Shown here one piece after another: positions 1 to 12,380 of a stretch of 64,000 nucleotides of DNA. Position 1 is the stretch's first letter. Each line of letters begins with the position of its first letter. A model generated the notes under the pieces. The model saw only the letters and a list, made by a program, of their open reading frames with translations, made no database searches and was not told the origin of the DNA. Where the stretch lies: contig CATNEN010000003.1 of the NCBI GenBank assembly GCA_950097015.1, positions 2,914,001 through 2,978,000 of the forward strand, written 5' to 3'. The position numbers were made by a program, and so were the translations under genes. This DNA is from Macrostomum hystrix. Its lineage: Eukaryota > Animalia > Platyhelminthes.

Positions 1-1068
1 TCAAACTATGAATACTGTTAAACCATTCTATGCAGTCTGTCTGCAGATAATATTTTTCGTGTCCATTCTAGATTAAAATCAAGCAGAGACCAGTTGAAGC
101 AGAAAATTAATTTTTGCAGCCAGTGTATATTTACAGACATGATTGTCTCTGACATCTGAATTATAGCCCTCCTTATGGAATAGGAGGGCAAGCTTTCACT
201 TCGGAAAATTTTCCAGTTTAATAAACGAGCTAATTATAGTCGTTTGTTGACAAGTCGCGCAGTCCAGTTTCTAAGAAAGTAGACCGATTATCTTCAATCT
301 AAAATCGCCGATTTCAAATCCCCAGTGCTATAGATGAATTATCGATCGTGGCTCATTTATCGATCGATTAGAAAGTTCAACATTTGAGAGCATTGGAGCT
401 ATAACCATAGTAAAGTGCAGGGCTGTCCCCAATGCACACACGCGCACCAGTCTCTTGAGTCTCTTGGGCAATGAAATCAAAAGCAGCTCAAACATTCGAG
501 GGTTGGCCATAGTGGAATCTGCTGAAGAGTGCCGGTGATTTAGGGAGGCATCGAATTATCATTTTGCTGGGCCTGGCTGGGTTAGAAGGGACTCCAGCAT
601 ACTCTCAACTCCCAGCATCAGCGCCTAGTGCTCAAATCGATTTGTTATTATCCCATGTTTTCATTTAGGTCAATCTGTGCGATTTCTGACTAGATTATCG
701 AATAATTTTTTTTGTAGAAATGATCGGCAAAGAGGAGTTTCAAACAAAATATTAGCGAACATCATGTCTATATTCCCATAGGGATTCTAGCGATCATCGG
801 GAGACCTTAAGATCCCGTCTGTTGTTATTCCCACTGATTGCCACAGAGATTGCTTAAAGTCGTTCTCATTCGGCTGCAAGTTTTGGCCCCGCGTGACTGC
901 TTGAATGTCACAGATTTATAGATTTTAAGCATTTCATTTGCTAACTGTTCTACTGACAGTAGTGTGAAAAGAGACTACATGACAAAAATTAATTCGTGAA
1001 AACCCTCTAAAAATTTTTCACTGACTAGAAAACTTTTCACACACAAACCATCACCCACGTCACCTAAT

Positions 1069-1199
1069 CCTCAAACCAAGGCCTTCACCCACATCAACAA
1101 ATCATCAAACGAAGGCCTTCACCCAGATCAACAAACACTCAAACCAAGGCCTTCACCCAGATCAACAAACACTCAAACCAAGGCCTTCACCCAGATCAC
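1069..1199. repeat. Minisatellite, 34-bp unit x ~4
   Basis: CTCAAACCAAGGCCTTCACCCAGATCAACAAACA, ending ~18 bp before an acceptor site. Confidence 0.85.
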
Positions 1200-1217
1200 C
1201 CACGCCACTCCAAGCAG

Positions 1218-4200
1218 GTGTCCACGACCTGATCATCAGCCCGCTGCAGATGCAGGACCAAGGCGAATACTACTGCCAAGTGTCGGAGGCAGACAACAGT
1301 CGTCGAACTTGGCCAAAGATTTCTAGGAAAGCAACTCTGCGAGTATTGAGAAATGTCGACACAGTCAGTCTGGTTCGATTGCTCAACGGTTCCGCAGTCA
1401 CGTCGGCAGCTGCGGTATCGGCAGTGCAGGCTCCAGAATCGGGATCGGCAGTTGTTAAACAGAAAAATGTTTTAAAAATTCGCACCGGAGAACAGCTGAC
1501 TCTCGTCTGTTCGTCCAGCGGTTCGAATCCTGCGGCGGGCATCGCCTGGCTCATCGGCGACGACGAGGATCGAGTCGACACGCCAACGACGGAGGGCGAG
1601 GCTGGCAGACGCTTCATCAGCCGACCGTTTAGCGGCTCAGTTCGACTCGAAAGAAAAATTGAATCCCCAAACAATAAACTGTGAGCTGACTGAGTCGAGA
1701 TTGAATCAACATCTGTAGATCTAAATCAGGAACTATTTGTAGATGGTTGAGTGATTGAGTGTCGGGAAGTAATGGAGGCATCAAGGTCCTGAGCTAGGAT
1801 CTAGGGCACAGTGCGCGCCCTTGAGTACCAACTCACAAGGCACAGTTAGAGTTTTAGAATGAAGATGAAGAAAATCAGGGCAGATTTTTGAACTTAGGCC
1901 ATAGACTATAGACTCGAGACAAAAGACGCTAAATTTAAATAAGAACCGATTGCCAGGCCTTATTAAGCTTAAGAAATTAAAGACTTGAATTGTTAATGGA
2001 AAGTTATTAGAACCCTAGAAACCTGGATTTCCTAGAAACCTGGATTTCCTAGAAACCTGGATTTCCTAGAAACCTGGATTTCCTAGAAACCTGGATTTCC
2101 TAGAACCCTGGATTTCCTAGAAACCTGGATTTCCTAGAAACCTGGATTTCTTAGAAACCTGGATTTCTTAGAAACCTGGATTTCTTAGAAACCTGGATTT
2201 CTTAGAAACCTGGATTTCCTAGAAACCAGTATTTCCTAGAAACCAGTATTTCCTAGAAACCAGTATTTCCTAGAAACCAGTATTTCATAGAAACCAGTAT
2301 TTCCTAGAAACCTGGATTTCCTCGAAATCTTAATTCTTAGAAAAATGTTTTGACTTTTTAGAAAATGATTTTTCCTTTGAAATCACAGCTTCTGCAAAAT
2401 CAGGATTTACAAAGGTTTTAAAGCCCTTCAAAGCTTTCCAAAATTAAAAGAAGAAGTCTACTTAAAGCTCTTGGTACCCGGGGTCAATACTCTGACCGAC
2501 TGAAATCAGGAACGCCGAGACATCTCACCCCAGTCCTTGCCATCGTAATTTGGGATTTACCTCGACGTGCTCCACTAATTATAAATAATAATAATTTAAG
2601 TAGGGCTGGCACATAATTTGGTGACACTGGACCTGCAGCCAGCGTTGAGGCAATTCTGCCCATTTTGCTGACTCCTGAGCACACACACACAGGTGTGCAC
2701 ATCTGCTCTGACTTTCTCATCGTCAGGCAGTGTACACTCTCACTGTGCCTTAGAGGTTGGCCCTCAAGGGCGTAAATTGCACGACAAGCCCCAAGTTTAA
2801 TGTGGCCTCGCCGCGGAATCGAACTCAGGGACCTTGGCGCAAGAACCAAGCACGTTAGACTGCTCTGCCACTCACCACCATCTCTAATCGGGTCCATTCA
2901 AGAGCGTCAAGTTGACGTCCTCTTTTTTCGATGCAGGTGGTCGGTGACGTCGGTGCTGCAGATTGACAGCGGTAGCATCCTTGATGCGCACCACAATCTG
3001 CGTCTCCAATGTGAGACTCAGGTTCACGGATTCGCGGAGCGACGAAAATCTGTCCAGTCCAGACTGTACGTCTTAGTAGCGCCGCAGGTTCGAATCGCGC
3101 TAGAATCGGCGTCTGGCTTTGTTGGACCGACTAGGGAGCTTCGAGAGCACGACAATGTGATAGCGGTGTGCAGAGCCATTGGTAGACCAGACACATTTGC
3201 CTACAGGTGTGTTTTACTGTGTTTAATAAATTAATTTTTTCCGGCAAGTGTTTTATAAAAAGTCTGTAAAAATTCACCCACCTCACGCCGCCATCGATCC
3301 CAAACCTACGAGACGACCATTCTAAGTAAATGCTCGCCCAGTCGCACCAGCAACCGGTTACCCCATTAAATGACCGATCCCTCTTACGAGTAGCTGCATA
3401 AATGGTCTCTCAGTTTTTCGAGCTCTTCAAAACACCCACCTCACGCCACCCTTGCAGTTGGGCCATAGACGAAATCGGCGCCATACCGGACAAAACTGAG
3501 GCCAGACTGCCGCTGACACTGACTCGCGGCCACAACGACAAGCGGCTGCGTTGCTGGGCAGAGAATTTCGCCCGCGGCGAAGCATCGATCCGTCTCCGTG
3601 TCCGCTACGGTCCGAAATTCGACCAGGGCTTGCCGGAACTGTACGCAGCCTCCGTTGGCAGCCCGGAAGTGGTTTTCTCTTGCGAGGCGGACGCTAATCC
3701 GGCGCCACAGTTTGTTTGGCATCGCGCCGGTGGCGCCAGCATTGCCGGGGACATTCTGGGACGCGAGGCGACCCTCCGGCTGCGAGATATTCGACGAAGC
3801 GACTTCGGTCAGTACTCGTGCAGCGCCACAGCCGGTGGTAGTGTCGAGTTCGCCCCGATCACCCGGCGGGTGATTCTGGCCGAGAATTCGGCGCCAAAGA
3901 TTTCCACAGCGGCAAGACACTTTGCTAGGCTGGCGCACAACTACAGACTGGAGTGCCGAATTAACTCGATCCCATTGCCGCCAGCTGTCGATGGCATTGT
4001 GTGGATGCGAAATGGCAAACCACTCGTGATGGATGCCAGGTAGGATCATTCGAGTTTAGGATTTTTCACACGCAGTTTTTTATCAATTAAACCTTGTTTT
4101 AAAGGGTTCGCATCTATCGCGAAGACTTCCTCGGTGGCACCACGGCAATAGTGCACTTCGACGAGCTTTTTTCCGGCGATTTTGGCGCCTACAATTGCAC

Positions 4201-7047
4201 AGTTGCGAATGGATTCGGCAATGACTGGCAGATTGTCACGCTGATCATGGAGGGTGAGTTTTTTATGAAAGCCTCAATATCACTTCATAGGCACTTAATA
4301 GTCACGTGAAAGCTGATAGGCTGAAGGGCCTATGCTTTCCCAGCCAATCGTTATATTTAGACTCAAGGTTAAGTCTATCCTGGGTGTGCATTTAAATCTC
4401 CAGCGTACATTACAAGTATTTCTCTACCCAAAGCAAACATAAGTGCTATTTTTAGAAACAATCGCGTTTATCTCGCATGCGCAACCCACCCCCTCCCTTC
4501 ACCGAATTTCAGATAATCTCCCTGTGGCTTTCATAGCAGGAGCATCCATCGCCCTACTCATGGTGCTAATATTTGTGCTAGTTCTTCTATGCGTCTGTCG
4601 AAAAGGCTATTGGGAGACTAGGGCCGCCGCGATGCGAGAATCTAGCAGTGAGTTTCCTTAACCTTGTTTGCTGGCTAAAGTGCTTACTTTGCTTATACTT
4701 TACTAAAGGGATTTTTTTGCGGCTTATGGAGGTCACTGTAGTTCTAAGGTGAAGGAAAACTGCCTAGAATAGTAAGTAAGAAAATAATGATTTATTGTAA
4801 AGACTCGAATTTTGTTTAAAAAAACTTCTTTTTCAATATTCTATTTGGTAGGGGGCTAAAGTTGCTAGTCAAATATACTAAAAGTTAAATTTTCTTCTAA
4901 AGATAGCCACATGAATAAATCCTTCTCTTTGACCAATCAAAATAAAAAAGACAGCGTTAAGTTCAATGCAAAACTGTGACTGTGTTGTCTCAAAACTTTG
5001 AAACTAATTTGGTCAAACCAATCCCCCTTACCAAACCATTAACATATAATATTGATGAAGGAGGTGGGTGGCAGCAGCAGCAAAGGATCTGGTTGTTGCA
5101 TTCGTGCCCGCAAAATACAATCCAGATTGCCAGTTGGTAAAATCAATATTCGGTAACATCAAGAACCCGTATTATAAAGCAAAAAGCAACGGTGCACCCA
5201 GAAATTTGTTCGCCTAAATACTTTTATTCTTCTTGTTTTTCTCTAAATGTCTGTCTTAATTTTTTTTTCCGCTGGCCTTCAACTGTTCTCTCATTGTTGC
5301 CCCACATTGTGAGACTGCACCGATGCTTTCACAATCATGAAGGAGAATCTATTATTAAATTACTCGTAATTCAGCTTCCAAAATATGAAGACACATCGAT
5401 AAAGGGTTTTTACCTATCAATATACTAAGAACTAATATCCCATTATTATTCTGGTCTGACAGATAGCTACTACTAATTATGGCTGACTAACAGATGATAG
5501 CCTGAACAACAACTGTTAACATTTCCCCAGTCTAATAGGTAAGATTTGCTGCTGTCTAACAGCAGATTTACCCATGTCTAGCACATGAGATATTCGCAGC
5601 AAAAGAGTAAAAACCATTTATAATGTGTAATCATTTCGCACAGCGCACTGCTTGCATCTACTTTAAGTAGTTTGAAGCTTATCACGTCTTTGTTATGCCG
5701 TTCCCTCGAAGTGAAAAGCCAGAAAATTGAAACAAGGGCAAACAAGGGCGGAAAATTTTGATTCAGATGGTGGATTTTCACGAAAATCGGTCATTCGGTT
5801 TGGGAGCTACCGTGTAGTAGGCAGTGGGTATTTGAAATTCCTTTCCCCAGTGGGAAAATACGAGTAGCTAGCGTAGTCTTTCTACTGTTAAATGCATTCT
5901 CCAATCAGGTTCGCATGCTCTATCTATTGTTTCTATAATTTAAATCCAAGCCGCATGGTCGCTTAGGCTTTAAGCACCTCTACAGGATACCTCAATCGAT
6001 CCGATGACATCGAGCTTTCAAATCGTTAGAACTATGGCCACACCTCACATCCCTGACAATTCAACAGAACGAGAAGTTCGCGACATCACCGATCATGACA
6101 CACAAAAGCATCACCGTCAGCTGCTTCCAGTACTGCTGGACAGCTCCTCTCCCGCCGATGTTCAACAGTCGATGTTCACCGCCATCCCGGGATCTGTGAC
6201 GGCTGTCGGCCAGCCGGATGAAAACTGCGATGTTGGCAGCTGCGGCGGTGGCAGCAGCAGCGGCTGCGGCGGCTCCTCCACCCAGCTGGCCAGTCTGAGA
6301 TTTGCAGATCCTGGCGGTCCAGCCGCCTTCGTACCGGCCCGGGCCACCAGGGTCGGCTTCCGCTCGCTGCAGCCGTCGGCTTCGCCATCGCCGCCGTTGC
6401 CACCGCAGATTTCGTCGCCGATGTCATTGAACCTGATGGAGCTGACACTGAGACACGCGGGAGCTGCTCAGACTATCCTGCTTCCAAGGCAACCGCTGCA
6501 GCAGCAGATGCTGATCAGAGAGGAGCATCTGGATGAGAATGGACAGGAGGAGTGAGTTAGGAAAATTTACTTTCGGAAGGGATTTGGGGTTCGTTTCATC
6601 AAAGGAACCTCCATGGATTACGCCATTGGCCGCGAGTTACGCCAAAATCGAATACTGGACGTCGCTACAATATCAATACAAATCGACTATCATTTGTCCG
6701 GAGGATAGCGGCAAGATCAAAGAACTATCCTACAACTAGGGGCTTGCGGCAAAATTAAAGGACTATCCTTCGACTGGGGATAGCGGCAACACCAAAGGAC
6801 TCTCCTTCGACGACGCTTAGCGGCTACATCAAAGTACTATCCTACAACTGGAGGTAGCGGCAATATCAAAGGCTATCCTACGACTGCAGGGGTAGCGGAA
6901 ACATCAAAGGGCCACATTAGGGCAATATTAAATTACTGTGTTCATCCACACTAGATCTAGTCACTAGCCGCTAATGAATTATAATGAATTTCATCTTTCA
7001 GTAGCGTCCGAAGCTGCGATTCAGGCTACGGTGGAGCACAGCAGTAT

Positions 7048-7081
<34 letters not shown>

Positions 7082-7380
7082 GTCTTCATCGACTTCATGG
7101 CTCAGATTCTAGCGTCGATTCGTCCAGAGCTCAGCAGCCTCAGCAGCAGCATCACGTGACCTTTCACCCTACACCCTGCATCATTCATCACTACCAACAG
7201 GCTGACAGCAGTTCAGCGAGGCAGACTCCGTGCCCGATGCACAATCAGCTGCTGCAGCAGCTAAGTCCGTCCAAACAGCCTTTGCCAGCCTCCAGCAGCT
7301 TCGGAAGCTTCGTCGGTATGTCCGCTAGCCGACGTCAGCCGCCGCCGATCGTGGAAGATCAGCCAGTTTCTGAAGTGTAA
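1218..7380 (+). CDS. KIRREL: Kirrel/Neph/irregular-chiasm-like Ig-superfamily type I membrane protein (5' part lies upstream of the window)
   Basis: Phase-consistent GT-AG exons: 1218-1680, 2937-3206, 3458-4039, 4105-4253, 4513-4647, ~5975-6551 (acceptor uncertain, 5975 or 5986) and 7002-7380. They encode five Ig domains (DQGEYYCQV; LVCSSSGSNPAAGIAW; AVCRAIGRP...LRCWAEN; FSCEADANPAP...DFGQYSCSA; LECRINSIP...DFGAYNCTVANGFG), a TM helix (AFIAGASIALLMVLIFVLVLLCVC) and a Q/S/P-rich tail ending VSEV*, a class I PDZ ligand. AATAAA lies at ~7499. Confidence 0.8.
2011..2325. repeat. Minisatellite, 17-bp unit
   Basis: CTAGAAACCTGGATTTC tandem copies with blocks of variant units. Confidence 0.95.
2577..2878 (-). 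mobile_element. tRNA-derived SINE family A copy (Kirrel intron)
   Basis: Reverse complement of the element at 37596-37950, with A/B-box head (GTTCGATTCC), central hairpin and (ATT)n tail. Confidence 0.85.
6690..6910. repeat. Degenerate ~38-bp tandem repeat
   Basis: About 6 diverged copies of GGATAGCGGCAAnATCAAAGGACTATCCTACAACT in the last Kirrel intron. Confidence 0.75.
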
Positions 7381-7844
7381 AAAATGCTACAGAAAATTCT
7401 ACAATGCTTAGAAGAATGCTCATAATTGATAAAAACGATGAAATGCTTGCGTCCATATCGGTAACTACATACTCATTCACTTTTCATTCGTATTTGTAAA
7501 TAAAAATCTTTATCCTCATCTTAAGATTTGAATTTGTACTCACTTCAGTTTAAATCATTGCTTGTCACAACGACACTTCTCAATATTTGCTGCTCAGTAG
7601 TAATATAAATCTAAATTTTAATTGTACTATACAAATTGATTTGATCAGATATGACTTCATTGTCTTCGTTTGCTATTGTTGCTGTCACGTGATAAACTAT
7701 GTTGCTATTTTTAGAAGGCTTTGGGTTTTCGTCAAGCCATCAACCCTGGCACGTGACTTGGCCTAAGCCAATGAAATTGCGTCTTGGCAAGGTATAGGAC
7801 TTTGGCTTCGCAAAAGCACATTTTGCACTCGTCTTTTCCCTTCT

Positions 7845-8432
7845 CCATCTCTCTATCTATTTGCAGGGGGCCCGGGGCACTTGTCGCACATGCGACGGAG
7901 TGGCATGCCCCCAGACCGGCGAACTAGGCGCTTAGTGCCCATCGCGCCGCCTCCCCTGAGCAGGCACCACACACAGCAGCACAGACCAGCCGGGGAGGGC
8001 AGGAGGCACCCAGAATAGGCAGCAGTGCCCCCCACCCCAGCCCCACACGCACAGAGCAGACCAAGCTGGGGTGGAAGGCTGATATGAAATCAGTCCTCAG
8101 GGGGGGCGGGTGATGAGTGTACACTTATCCAATCGCGCTGACGGAAATCCAGAAAGCGCGCGGCGGTGTACACCCGCCCCCCAGCCACCCCCCGCAAGGC
8201 CTCACGCCCCAGCGCCAACGCACACAACTCACACAACGCAGAACAGGCACACAGAAAGGTAGGAGCGAAGCTATTATTTCAAGCTTTGATTGCACGAAAT
8301 ATGGTGCACCTCCGCCGGTCGCTACTGTCCAAACCCTCAACAAGTCCCGAAATTAATCATGACTTGAAGGGAGAATCGAACTAGCGTCCATTGGAGTGCG
8401 AGGCAGCGACGCTAGCCGCTGACCCACTCGCC
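7845..8432 (-). mobile_element. tRNA-headed, GC-rich, structured SINE-like element (family B)
   Basis: Minus-strand head GAGTGGGTCAGCGGCTAGCGTCG...GTTCGATTC, nested inverted repeats in the body, 3' end similar to the family A tail, then a short (AGAT/AG) simple repeat. Confidence 0.6.
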
Positions 8433-8974
8433 CCTCGTCTTTTCCCTTAGTACTTTGTGTCTTTCAACAAAAATCCTCTAATGAATTGTATAGGATGCAC
8501 TTCATCATTCAGACAAGCAGAACAGGGATTAACTTCAGCCTTTCCGGAATATGCACGCACGCAAGCACACGCAAAACGGACTGCTGTTGTTCGCAAATTT
8601 CTAGTTTTTTGGGATGTATTCGGCTGCAAAGGCACGGCACTAGAAATGCACTGTTTTACAGAATATCAGATTGGCTTTTTTATTACTGCCCGGATAAATA
8701 TTTCATTACGCTTCGTTCAAGCCAGTGTGATGACAGTTACAATTTGCGAAACGAAACGCTTCATCAATGGCCTAGGCTGTTTTGCGCACAGTATTTTACG
8801 TGTACTAACCCAGACTGGCCGTTCATATAATAGCAATATCAGATCAGTTATTTTTCTTGCCACAGTTCGAAAGTCTTTTTCTATGATATTAATACACAGC
8901 ATGAAATACTTTGTACGGCCTGTTGTGGTTACAAAAATGTTTTAGGCAAAAAGAATTACTTATAATCAAATCTA

Positions 8975-10792
8975 TTAGACAAGGAACTGACCTGTTAGAT
9001 AAGGAACTGATCTGTTAGATAAGGATATGTTCTGTTAGATGAGGAACTGATCTGTTAGATAAGGAACTGATCCGTTAGACACGGAACTGACCTGTTAGAT
9101 AAGGAACTGATCTGTTAGATGAGGAACTGATCTGTTAGATAAGGAACTGATCTGTTAGATAAGGAACTGATCTGTTAGACAAGGAACTGATCTGTTAGAT
9201 AAGGATCTGATCTGTTAGATAAGGAACTGATCTGTTAGATAAGGAACTGATCTGTTAGATAAGGAACTGATCTGTTAGATAAGGAACTGATCTGTTAGAT
9301 AAGGAACTGATCCGTTAGATAAGGAACTGATCTGTTAGATAAGGAACTGATCTGCTAGACAAGGAACTGATCTGTTAGACACGGAACTGATCTGTTAGAC
9401 ACGGAACTGATCTGTTAGATAAGGAACTGATCTGTTAGTCAAGGAACTGATCTGTTAGACAAAGAACTGATCTGTTAGATAAGGAACTGATCTGTTAGAT
9501 AAGGAACTGATCTGTTAGTCAAGGAACTGATCTGTTAGACACGGAACTGATCTGTTAGACACGGAACTGATCTGTTAGATAAGGAACTGATCTGTTAGAT
9601 AAGGAACTGATCCGTTAGACAAGGAACTGATCTGTTAGTCAAGGAACTGATCTGTTAGACACGGAACTGATCTGTTAGACACGGAACTGATCTGTTAGAT
9701 AAGGAACTGATCTGTTAGACAAGGAACTGATCTGTTAGATAAGGAACTGATCTGTTAGATAAGGAACTGATCTGTTAGATAAGGAACTGATCTGTTAGAT
9801 AAGGAACTGATCTGTTAGATAAGGAACTGATCTGTTAGATAAGGAACTGATCTGTTAGATAAGGAACTGATCTGTTAGATAAGGAACTGATCTGTTAGAC
9901 AAGGAACTGATCTGTTAGATAAGGAACTGATCTGTTAGATAAGGAACTGATCCGTTAGATAAGGAACTGATCTGTTAGATAAGGAACTGATCTGCTAGAT
10001 AAGGAACTGATCTGTTAGATAAGGAACTGATCTGTTAGATAAGGAACTGATCTGTTAGATAAGGAACTGATCTGTTAGATAAGGAACTGATCCGTTAGAT
10101 AAGGAACTGATCTGTTAGATAAGGAACTGATCTGTTAGATAAGGAACTGATCTGTTAGACAAGGAACTGATCTGTTAGATAAGGAACTGATCTGCTAGAT
10201 AAGGAACTGATCTGTTAGATAAGGAACTGATCTGTTAGATAAGGAACTGATCTGTTAGATAAGGAACTGATCTGTTAGATAAGGAACTGATCCGTTAGAT
10301 AAGGAACTGATCTGTTAGACAAGGAACTGATCTGTTAGATAAGGAACTGATCTGCTAGATAAGGAACTGATCTGTTAGACAAGGAACTGATCTGTTAGAT
10401 AAGGAACTGATCTGTTAGATAAGGAACTGATCTGTTAGATAAGGAACTGATCTGTTAGATAAGGAACTGATCTGCTAGATTAGGAACTGATCTGTTAGAT
10501 AAGGAACTGATCTGCTAGATTAGGATCTGATCTGTTAGATAAGGAACTGATCTGTTAGATAAGGAACTGATCTGTTAGATAAGGAACTGATCTGTTAGAT
10601 AAGGAACTGATCTGTTAGATAAGGAACTGATCTGTTAGATAAGGAACTGATCTGCTAGATTAGGAACTGATCTGTTAGATAAGGAACTGATCTGCTAGAT
10701 TAGGATCTGATCTGTTAGATAAGGAACTGATCTGCTAGATTAGGATCTGATCTGTTAGATAAGGAACTGATCTGTTAGATAAGGAACTGATA
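8975..10792. repeat. Minisatellite, 20-bp unit x ~90
   Basis: AAGGAACTGATCTGTTAGAT, highly homogeneous. Confidence 0.98.
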
Positions 10793-11243
10793 GTTCCTTC
10801 CTAAGTTAGCTAGGAAACTAAGATGTTAAGAAGCTCGTTAGCATGCTGATTCAAGGACAAGAACGGTCGGATGCTATAATGAATAGACCCTCTTGCTGGG
10901 TCAAAAATAATAGTACAAACAGCGATACCTCTTCACCTCGCAAGCCGATAAAAAATGCTTAAAAACACTTGAACCTTAATCTAGGCGCTGGTTTATAAGG
11001 GACAGAGTGGAACAAGTGGCTTGTGACGTCAGCAAGGCTGGCCGAGCGAACCGCGACCTTTCTGAATTTACGGACCAGCACATCCCCCAGTGTCCGAGCT
11101 CTTAGCTTTAGATTTAATCTATCCTTTCATTTCTGTTCTGAACTTTGTGCATTTTAGGCCGTCGGTGAAAATGGCCCAGCAAAGTCTTGTGCCAGCGGGA
11201 ACACAAGTTCACTTTTTATAACTGATGCCGAAAATTACACAGG

Positions 11244-11872
11244 TCTAACAGGTGTGACTGTGTGTGTCTAACAGGTGTGATTGTGTGTGTCTAACAGGTG
11301 TGATTGTGTGTGTCTAACAGGTGTGATTTTGTGTGTCTAACAGGTGTGATTGTGTGTGTCTAACAGGTGTGATTGTGTGTGTCTAACAGGTGTGATTTTG
11401 TGTGTCTAACAGGTGTGATTGTGTGTGTCTAACAGGTGTGATTGTGTGTGTCTAACAGGTGTGATTTTGTGTGTCTAACAGGTGTGATTGTGTGTGTCTA
11501 ACAGGTGTGATTGTGTGTGTCTAACAGGTGTGATTTTGTGTGTCTAACAGGTGTGATTGTGTGTGTCTAACAGGTGTGATTTTGTGTGTCTAACAGGTGT
11601 GATTGTGTGTGTCTAACAGGTGTGATTTTGTGTGTCTAACAGGTGTGATTGTGTGTGTCTAACAGGTGTGATTGTGTGTGTCTAACAGGTGTGACTGTGT
11701 GTGTCTAACAGGTGTGACTGTGTGTGTCTAACAGGTGTGATTGTGTGTGTCTAACAGGTGTGATTTTGTGTGTCTAACAGGTGTGATTGTGTGTGAATAA
11801 CAGGTGTGATTGTGTGTGTCTAACAGGTGTGACTGTGTGTGTCTAACAGGTGTGATTGTGTGTGCCTAACAG
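11244..11872. repeat. Minisatellite, 23-bp unit
   Basis: TCTAACAGGTGTGATTGTGTGTG. Confidence 0.97.
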
Positions 11873-12066
11873 CTAAAATTCGAAAGGCATAAAGAATTGG
11901 CTTATGGCCCTATAAATTTTCATCTGCAGTTCAGGCTGGGCAATTTTTGTTTTAATTTAATATTTTTCGTCCAATATGGACGTGCAGGAATTCCGTGTGG
12001 CTCTGTTGTTGACTGCGAACTGTTTGGATAAAAGATTGATATATCATTGGGATCTTATCTCTAGCG

Positions 12067-12080
12067 GTTGCTATGGTAAC
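12067..12080. promoter_or_regulatory. Candidate RFX X-box upstream of the SLC6 gene
   Basis: GTTGCTATGGTAAC matches the 14-bp X-box consensus GTNNYY-AT-RRNAAC and lies ~1.1 kb before the ATG. Confidence 0.4.
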
Positions 12081-12380
12081 GTCAGATTTTCGGCCCGCTT
12101 TTAACTTTTCTAAACAACGAAAAAGTTAAAGTACTTTTCCGTTTAAATCGTTGGCTTTCCGAAAAAATGAAATTAGTTTTAGCCTCTTCGTTGCTTGAAT
12201 TTCTATGATACTTTTATTAAGGTGATTTTGAATTTTAGTAATTCCCGATTTCCAAAGTCAGTCAATGAAGAATTGTCCCAATCTTGTCCTGAAATGTTTC
12301 CCCTTGGACAAGATTCGAACTCCCGATCTCATAGTCAAAAGTTCGAAGCCCTAAACACTGGACTGGGGGTCGGTGGTTGA

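Noticed and set aside
8360-8432. Possible tRNA genes (also 14860-14921, 26284-26330, 51059-51135)
   Set aside because: A/B boxes are present, but I could not form complete cloverleafs, and most continue into repeated bodies. They are SINE heads.
8457-8945. 162-aa ORF between Kirrel and the 20-mer array
   Set aside because: Non-ATG start, no motif and no supporting splice structure.
8975-10792. CRISPR-like regular repeats (also 34100, 47622, 57051)
   Set aside because: The units are head-to-tail with no unique spacers, there are no cas genes, and the context is eukaryotic. They are minisatellites.
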